A stretch of 64,000 nucleotides of DNA, taken from the NCBI GenBank assembly GCA_029953675.1, contig JAMWBK010000008.1:2046001-2110000 (forward strand), in the 5' to 3' direction. The stretch's first letter is position 1. The number at the start of each line of letters is the position of its first letter. Both the position numbers and the translations under genes were made by a program. This stretch comes from Rhodosorus marinus CCMP1338 (Eukaryota; Plantae; Rhodophyta). Below, in pieces: positions 57,401-64,000 of this stretch. A model generated the notes under the pieces. The model made no database searches. It saw only the letters and a list, made by a program, of their open reading frames with translations, and had not been told where the DNA came from.

Positions 57401-58745
57401 GCAACAAGTTCCCAGAACTGACTCTTGTGGCTGTCCACGAAGACATTTCCTTGGTGGGCGACCTCGAACTGCTGAAAGGCGCTCTGAATTGGAGTCAAGA
57501 GGCTCTACCCAGGACAGGAGCGCATCTACAGGGATCCAAATGCATCCTCTACGCACGAAGGCTCGACACAAAACGACGTATCAACCTCGCTATTCCGGAC
57601 ATTCACGTGACGCGAGAAGGGACTACGCTATACTCTATTCCAATTGGTACGCGACAATACGCGGAGGCGACCGGCCGGGCAATATAAACACGGCATGGCC
57701 AGCAGGTGCAAGCTCTTCAACGTCTACCGGAGTGTGACTTACAACGTTAACCTGGCCATTTTCCGTTACTGTGCGGGAACGCGACTTGCATACCATACCA
57801 GAGGGCCAGCGTATCCACTAGGACGGACCACCGCCAGAGAAGCTGATGGAATCACTCTCTCGGAACTGGAAGGTCTATGTGTAGGTCTGAGACACCACCA
57901 GGATATAACCGAACTAGAGGCGAAAGTAGATGAACAGCAGATTCGACTACCATGCCGATAGGGAGGGCTTGGGTTTGCTATGCGAACCCTGATCCAACCA
58001 GTACGTTTCACGCGGGATGGAAGCAGAGCCTTCAGGAGAATATCACGGCATCGTGCTAACTGAGGCGACTCCTTTTGGACGGTTCTTCGCATCCTGGAGG
58101 AGATATGCCGGAGCAGATCCACTTCCCGTGGACCACGGACGAACTGCCAGTTCAACTTGTGGCGGCAAGCCAAGCTGTGCGGCTAAGGATCTCACCAAGA
58201 ACGAGTGAACGCATCAAGAGGCTAGCGGAATGGCAGGTATTAGGCGACTCGGTGAGAGGGACAGAAACCGATCCCGGGAGTACACGAGGACAGGACGGTC
58301 CCATCCAAAAAAACTCCCTCTAGCGAGTGCCACCGTCATGCGTTCGAGCTACTCACTGAGGATGCCAGCATTGAGGATGTAGACCGCGGACGAACCCGGT
58401 CTGCCTCAGGTTGTGGAGTATGGCTGCGGGACTGCTCCAACGTAGGACCGCGGAAGCTAAGTCGCGACGAGATGATCTGGAGCATGCGAATGCTGCTAGG
58501 TCTACCGCTGCCAGGTTTAACACGATCGTACCGATGTACGGTGTGTGAACAAACCACACGACTTCAAAGGGGTCCAGTGTTTGCATTATTTGTCGCACAT
58601 CATCAGCTATGCGAACTAAGCGTCACGATGAGCTAAACGCGGAGTTGAGCCGGTGGTTGCCTCTGTGGAATTTCACGGACTTGCAAGTGGAACCGCAGGG
58701 GTTCTTTAGGTATTCAGGGATACGTCCTGACATCGTAGGGAACTA
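57400..58745 (+). pseudogene. Decayed CRE-like ORF2 fragment of a divergent family (F5)
   Basis: LVAVHEDISLVG...GAHLQGSKCILY (RT motifs 5-7 like); QIRLPCR*GGLG; EPQGFFRYSGIRPDIVG (RLE PD motif). Confidence 0.7.
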
Positions 58746-60119
58746 TTGAAGATTGGAGTTCCTCCGGGTCCGTGCGCGGTTGGGTTAGCGCGGGGGGGGG
58801 ATGGCAATAACAAGGCACCGTTATTACCTCGTGGACATAATAAGGAATATAAGCTCGTGTCTAAAATTATACGGAATGCTGGACATGACTTTGAGCTTTT
58901 TCAAGACAGGGAACGTAGTTCGTGGTTTTGAGCAAGACCGAGATTGCTAGGACGAAACAGTCTAAGCAACCGCACCATTTGAAAGTCTTATCATGGTCTA
59001 TATCAAGCATATGTGGTTGTATGTCAAACTGAGATGGAATCTTCTCAAATCTTATCCATGTCAGGGCAAGCTCTGTCTATGTAGACCTAAATTGATCCAC
59101 CCTCAGTGAGTCTAAGACGGCTGGGTGAGTTGTTTAACCTCAACTCTGTCTTGTCCTAGTAACAGCAGCTGGGGGTCGGGGGAAAGTTTTAAATTTGGAA
59201 TTCTCTGGACTTCTATTAAAAGCTTCCGTTCCCAAAGTAGGTTTTTTATACATCCTTGGATAGAAACGCTTGGGACTTGCCACCCAAAAATTGACGTTGG
59301 ATGATTCTGTGCGGCCGCTCCGGTTTTGATGAGTGCACTAACAGAATTATCTGAACCCGGCCTCTATACCAGTGAGAGCGTCAGTTCTCTTCTTAGCTTG
59401 GAACTTGGAATACTGCATGATAAGGCAACAGGATTGAACGCCGCGGCACAGGTTGCGACGTCATCGCATCGATTGACCAGAGTGCTGCCCGTACAGATTC
59501 CATTCGAAAAACCGTTCTTGAAAAGAACATTTTCACGAGAAAAACTCTACCATCATGCAGCGCTTGTCCGCGCTTGTCCGCGCTGCATATGATGATCTTT
59601 TAGTTCGAAACGTATGTCCAGGTCTGAAGGAGACACCTCGGGACGGTGTCAGCTTTCCAATCTAAACGCTTCCCAAGCACAATATTCTACGTAATTCAAC
59701 AATTTCTTTTCCAAATATGCTCCAATCAAGTTTCCTCTTGTGGAGTGGGGGCGCTGCTTTGTTGTTCACTTAACGAATGAATTTGTTTAATCGGAACAAG
59801 AAAGAAAAAAAGCCTCTAGAGGAAAAAAAATCGAAGCGCGGCGAAGATCTAGGTTTTTGGATAGCGGCTCCAAGGGGTACCTTGACAAAGAACAAATTTT
59901 TTGTGAAGGTTTGGGTGGGTGGGGGGGGTGGTGTTGGTTTCATGGCGTGTGCATAAGGCGGCCCCCCAAAAATGGGACATCAGCAGTGAAATCTTAAGAT
60001 AGCATTTTCCTGATTTTTTGATGGACTCGTATTGAGTTGCTTTTGCGCACAAAACTTGTTGTTTGGGATTCAAATTCATTCAAAACCATGTTCCGCCTGA
60101 AATTGCAATTGAAATGGAT

Positions 60120-61050
60120 GGACTTACTGGTGTTCGTTTTACTGGTTTTTATTGGTTTTTATTGGTCTTTATTGGTTTTATTGGTCTTGGTCTTTATTGG
60201 TCTTTATTGGCTGAGGCGCTACGCAAGGCGTGAAAGGGAACTAGGAACTAGGTACGGAAGCGTGCAAACCCAGGTGCCGATGGCGCGCCTCGGCAAGCAT
60301 GCTGCTCGAATATCGCCACAGAGCATAGCCTGAAGCAACTACGCAAGGCGTGAAAGGGAATTAAGAACTAGGTAGGGAAGCGTGCAAACCCAGGCGCCGA
60401 TGTCGCGCCTCGGCAAGCATGCTGCTCGAATATCGCCACATAGAGGCGCTTAAACGCCGCAAAATTTCCAAGTATTCAACAGGATGATCAGTAAAGCATT
60501 TTTTCAGCAACCACTCCAAACCCGACTTCTCCACGTGACCAAAGCTTTCCACAATGAAAGGCTGGAACCGGTGGGAGCGACCCTCAGCGCGAGGCAGACT
60601 GGCCATACTCTCAGCATACCATTGATCTTTATTAGCATAGTCTGAAGCGCTGCGCACGGCGTGAAAGGGAGCTAAAAACTAGGTAGGGAAGCGTGCAAAC
60701 CCAGGCGCCGATGTCGCGCCTCGGCAAGCATGCTGCTCGAATATCGCCACAGACCGATACTTAAACCTCGCAAAAGTTCCAAGTATTCAACAGGATGCTC
60801 AGTAAAGCATGTCCGGGTTTTTATTAGAATAGCTTAAAAGGGCTAGTGGTTTTACTAACATAGCCTGATGCGCTACGCAACAGGTGAAGGAAACTGTGGA
60901 CTGGGGGGAAGAGCATGTAAACCCTGGCGGCGGTGGCGCACCTCGGCGAGCATTTTGCTAGAATACCGCCAGAGAGCGACACTTCAACACCGGAGAAGCA
61001 CAAGATGCTCTTCAGGATGTTCTAGCTTTGGGGGAGTCCATCTTTGGGGG
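60120..61050 (-). mobile_element. Tandem stack of 4-5 F2 3' ends preceded by a degenerate (TCTTTATTGG)n tail array
   Basis: Array at 60120-60210. Termini at about 60211, 60322 (joined exactly after TGCT), 60630, 60825 and 60855. Confidence 0.88.
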
Positions 61051-61269
61051 AAGACAACCATGCGGAAAGGTGTGCCGATCTGGCCACAACACAGAACTGG
61101 AACTGGACGAGATATTGGTTGGGCGGGGAAAAAGGTCTGGCTCCCTGGACAGGGGGTTCGGGTATGTTTAGAGTGCCCTGGGTAGCTGCAGAATAAAGGC
61201 TACGGAGGTAAGAGATGTGTACTAAATGTCATAGTACCTAATAAAGCCCAGAAAAGCAAGATAGGCTAG

Positions 61270-61580
61270 GCTAAGGAGATCCCCGAGCGGGGTAGTGAGC
61301 ACTTTGCGAACTCCAATCTGAGAACCGATCTCATGGCCATCCACCCTAGAGCTAGACACCTTCCCAATAGCAATGACAACAACGGCCATGCAACGAATCA
61401 CGCCTGGCGCTGGAAACTTGCCTACTACAAGGAGGCCCCGGCGACAGGAGATCCAGACGACAAACTCATTCCGATGGCCATCGAATCCTTCGGAATTCGA
61501 TGGGTCACCCCGGATTTTCTGCGACAAGGCTTTGGTCACATTCTAACCAATCCGGACGAGGTGAACAACGTGAGATCTTA
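61270..61580 (+). pseudogene. RLE C-terminal fragment of another divergent family (F6)
   Basis: ORF 61333-61581: IHP...WKLAYY...KLIPMAIESFG, typical of CRE-type C-termini. Confidence 0.55.
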
Positions 61581-61736
61581 AAATCAACGGAGTACTTTGG
61601 GCCGGGAACGTAGAGCTTGCGCGGTCTGCGTGTAGGTCAGTCGGATGAGCCACTGATTTCTTATTTTTTTTTTATCGTAGCTGAAGACCCTGGGGTGGAG
61701 GGTCAATCCCAATCATTTTGCCTTGCTAGTGATAGA

Positions 61737-63106
61737 CGCTCTTGGATGAGCCCCTCGATCTTGAAGCTGCTCCCGACAGGGACTTTATTCGTGCACAGAT
61801 CGCTCTACCGTTGCGATTAGGGGGATTCGGCGTCGCAGACCGTGGGCTGGTATGCTCGCCAGCGGCGGTTGCCTCCTGGGCTACCGCGCTGCGAACGTTG
61901 GTGACCTTCCGGATGCGAAGTGCCTGCCTCTTGGCTCGAGCTTTGACCAACGAGGATCCAGTGACCCTGCCGCCCCCGCTTTTGACAATTTATGATGGTC
62001 TTCAACACGCGTTCAGGAGGTGCAACGCCGTGCCGGACGCAAATCGGTCCCGCTTTCGTTCCTGGAGGGAGCTGTTATGGGGACGAGCTGAAGCGATTGA
62101 GGATTGTCCCCTCGACCGAGTTCTTGCCGATGACGGAGAGGCTAGCCCCGGGTCCCCTGTTGCAGACTACCCGGGTTTGAGCCGATTGTGGAGCTCCCGC
62201 ACTGATGTGATTCAACATAGCCTCACCTGGGGCCAACACAGTGCCGCTCACACAGTCATGCTCAATTCTCCTCTCACGCCGCCTACCACTGCCGCTCGTC
62301 TCCGCGGCATGGGAGGCAACCTCTCGCACTTGTGGTTAACCACTCTACCGTCGTCATTGAGTCATCGTCTCGATGCTTTCCAGTTCCGTTCTGCCGCACG
62401 GATCTATCTCGGTTTGCCACAGGCTCCGTGGCACTCTAATCGGCCGTCTTTCTGTCAGGGATGTGAGAGCCGGATTGACGCTTGTGGCTACCACTTCCTG
62501 GGTTCCTGCGGACTGTTGCGAGGTCTCCGTACGAGGCGTCACACTCGCCTCAAGTACATCCTCAGCGAATCTTTGACTCGGATAGGGCATACGGTTGAGG
62601 TTGAGTCGGAACTGCCCAGATCCATCTCGGACTCTGCACCGCCCCGTTGTATAGCCGATCTCCTCGTCTCTGACGCTGCTGCCAGACGCTCAACATATGT
62701 GGACCTTGCGATTACCTGCCCCGTGGCCAGCGCCCACCTCACCGCAGCCGCCCGCCGCCGGGGGGCCGCGGCTTCAGCCCTTCGAAGAGTTAAGGAACGA
62801 CGGTATGCTGAGAGCATGGCCAGTCTGCCTTGCGCTGAGGGTCGCTCTCACCGGTTCCAGCCATTCATTGTGGAAAGCTTTGGTCACGTGGATAAGTCGG
62901 GTTTAGAGTGGTTGCGGAAATGTTTTGCTGAGCATCCTACTGAATATTTGGCGCTCTTGAGGCGTTTAAGTGTCTCCCTTTGGCGATATTCCAGCGACAT
63001 GCTTTCCGAGGCGCGCCATCGGCGCCTGGGGTTGCATGCTTCCCTCCCTAGTTATTAGTTCATCTTCACGCCTTGCGTAGCGCTTCAGGCTATGCTAGTA
63101 AAGTCC
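61737..63106 (+). mobile_element. 5'-truncated F1 element
   Basis: ORF 61742-63058 is the open C-terminal 438 aa of ORF2; TSD AGTGATAGA at 61728-61736 and 63107-63115. Confidence 0.93.
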
Positions 63107-63117
63107 AGTGATAGAGA

Positions 63118-63971
63118 CAGTCATGCTCAATTCTCCTCTCACGCCGCCTACCACTGCCGCTCGTCTCCGCGGCATGGGAGGCCACCTCTCGCACTTGTGG
63201 TTAACCACTCTACCGTCGTCATTGAGTCATCGTCTCGATGCTTTCCAGTTCCGTTCTGCCGCACGGATCTATCTCGGTTTGCCACAGGCTCCGTGGCACT
63301 CTAATCGGCCGTCTTTCTGTCAGGGATGTGAGAGCCGGATTGACGCTTGTGGCTACCACTTCCTGGGTTCCTGCGGACTGTTGCGAGGTCTCCGTACGAG
63401 GCGTCACACTCGCCTCAAGTACATCCTCAGCGAATCTTTGACTCGGATAGGGCATACGGTTGAGGTTGAGTCGGAACTGCCCAGATCCATCTCGGACTCT
63501 GCACCGCCCCGTTGTATAGCCGATCTCCTCGTCTCTGACGCTGCTGCCAGACGCTCAACATATGTGGACCTTGCGATTACCTGCCCCGTGGCCAGCGCCC
63601 ACCTCACCGCAGCCGCCCGCCGCCGGGGGGCCGCGGCTTCAGCCCTTCGAAGAGTTAAGGAACGACGGTATGCTGAGAGCATGGCCAGTCTGCCTTGCGC
63701 TGAGGGTCGCTCTCACAGGTTCCAGCCATTCATTGTGGAAAGCTTTGGTCACGTGGATAAGTCGGGTTTAGAGTGGTTGCGGAAATGTTTTGCTGAGCAT
63801 CCTACTGAATATTTGGCGCTCTTGAGGCGTTTAAGTGTCTCCCTTTGGCGATATTCCAGCGACATGCTTTCCGAGGCGCGCCATCGGCGCCTGGGGTTGC
63901 ATACTTCCCCCCCTAGTTATTAATTCATCTTCACGCCTTGCGTAGCGCTTCAGGCTATGCTAGTAAAGTCC
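63118..63971 (+). mobile_element. Second 5'-truncated F1 element at the same target site
   Basis: ORF 63108-63923; flanked by AGTGATAGAGA at 63107-63117 and 63972-63982. Confidence 0.92.
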
Positions 63972-64000
63972 AGTGATAGAGATAATCTGGGGTTACGTAA

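Noticed and set aside
58760-59760. Short ORFs in the unique-looking segment (58746-58931, 59326-59592)
   Set aside because: No motifs, and no consistent splice model could be built.
60200-60870. CRISPR-like alternation of a conserved repeat of about 40 bp with variable intervening sequence
   Set aside because: The repeats are retroelement 3' ends and the spacers are homologous ORF2 fragments of unequal length; no cas genes; eukaryotic context.

Overview
Eukaryotic genomic DNA. Short GT-AG introns with CTAAC-like branch points and several secreted Cys-rich proteins suggest a unicellular alga, possibly a red alga (inference only). About two thirds of the window is non-LTR retrotransposon of the CRE/RLE type (RT with YHDD, CCHC knuckle, PD-(D/E)xK-type restriction-like endonuclease). 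Family F1 has four full-length two-ORF copies, only one with both ORFs intact (7079-11871), and ends in an (AGTAAAGTCC)n tail. Sister family F2 ends in an (AATAAAGACC/AATAAACCC)n tail. Family F3 ends in an (ATTC/TTCG)n tail. Fragments of about three more diverged lineages are present. The strongest signal is targeting: readable F1 target-site duplications mostly start at a TGCT^AG-like site, the same motif the element carries at its own 3' end. This explains the repeated hits on one site, the nesting and the stacks of 3' ends. One F3 copy is flanked by a 145-bp direct repeat. Other mobile DNA: a very young Ty1/copia element (300-bp LTRs, AATTC TSD), a gypsy-like gag relic and a MITE. Host genes: two intronless secreted proteins; a 13-exon gene whose 12 introns are all phase 0 with roughly one Cys-rich module per exon (missed by the ORF track); and a related RTX-repeat gene disrupted by an F1 insertion. 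No rRNA, tRNA or CRISPR array was recognised.
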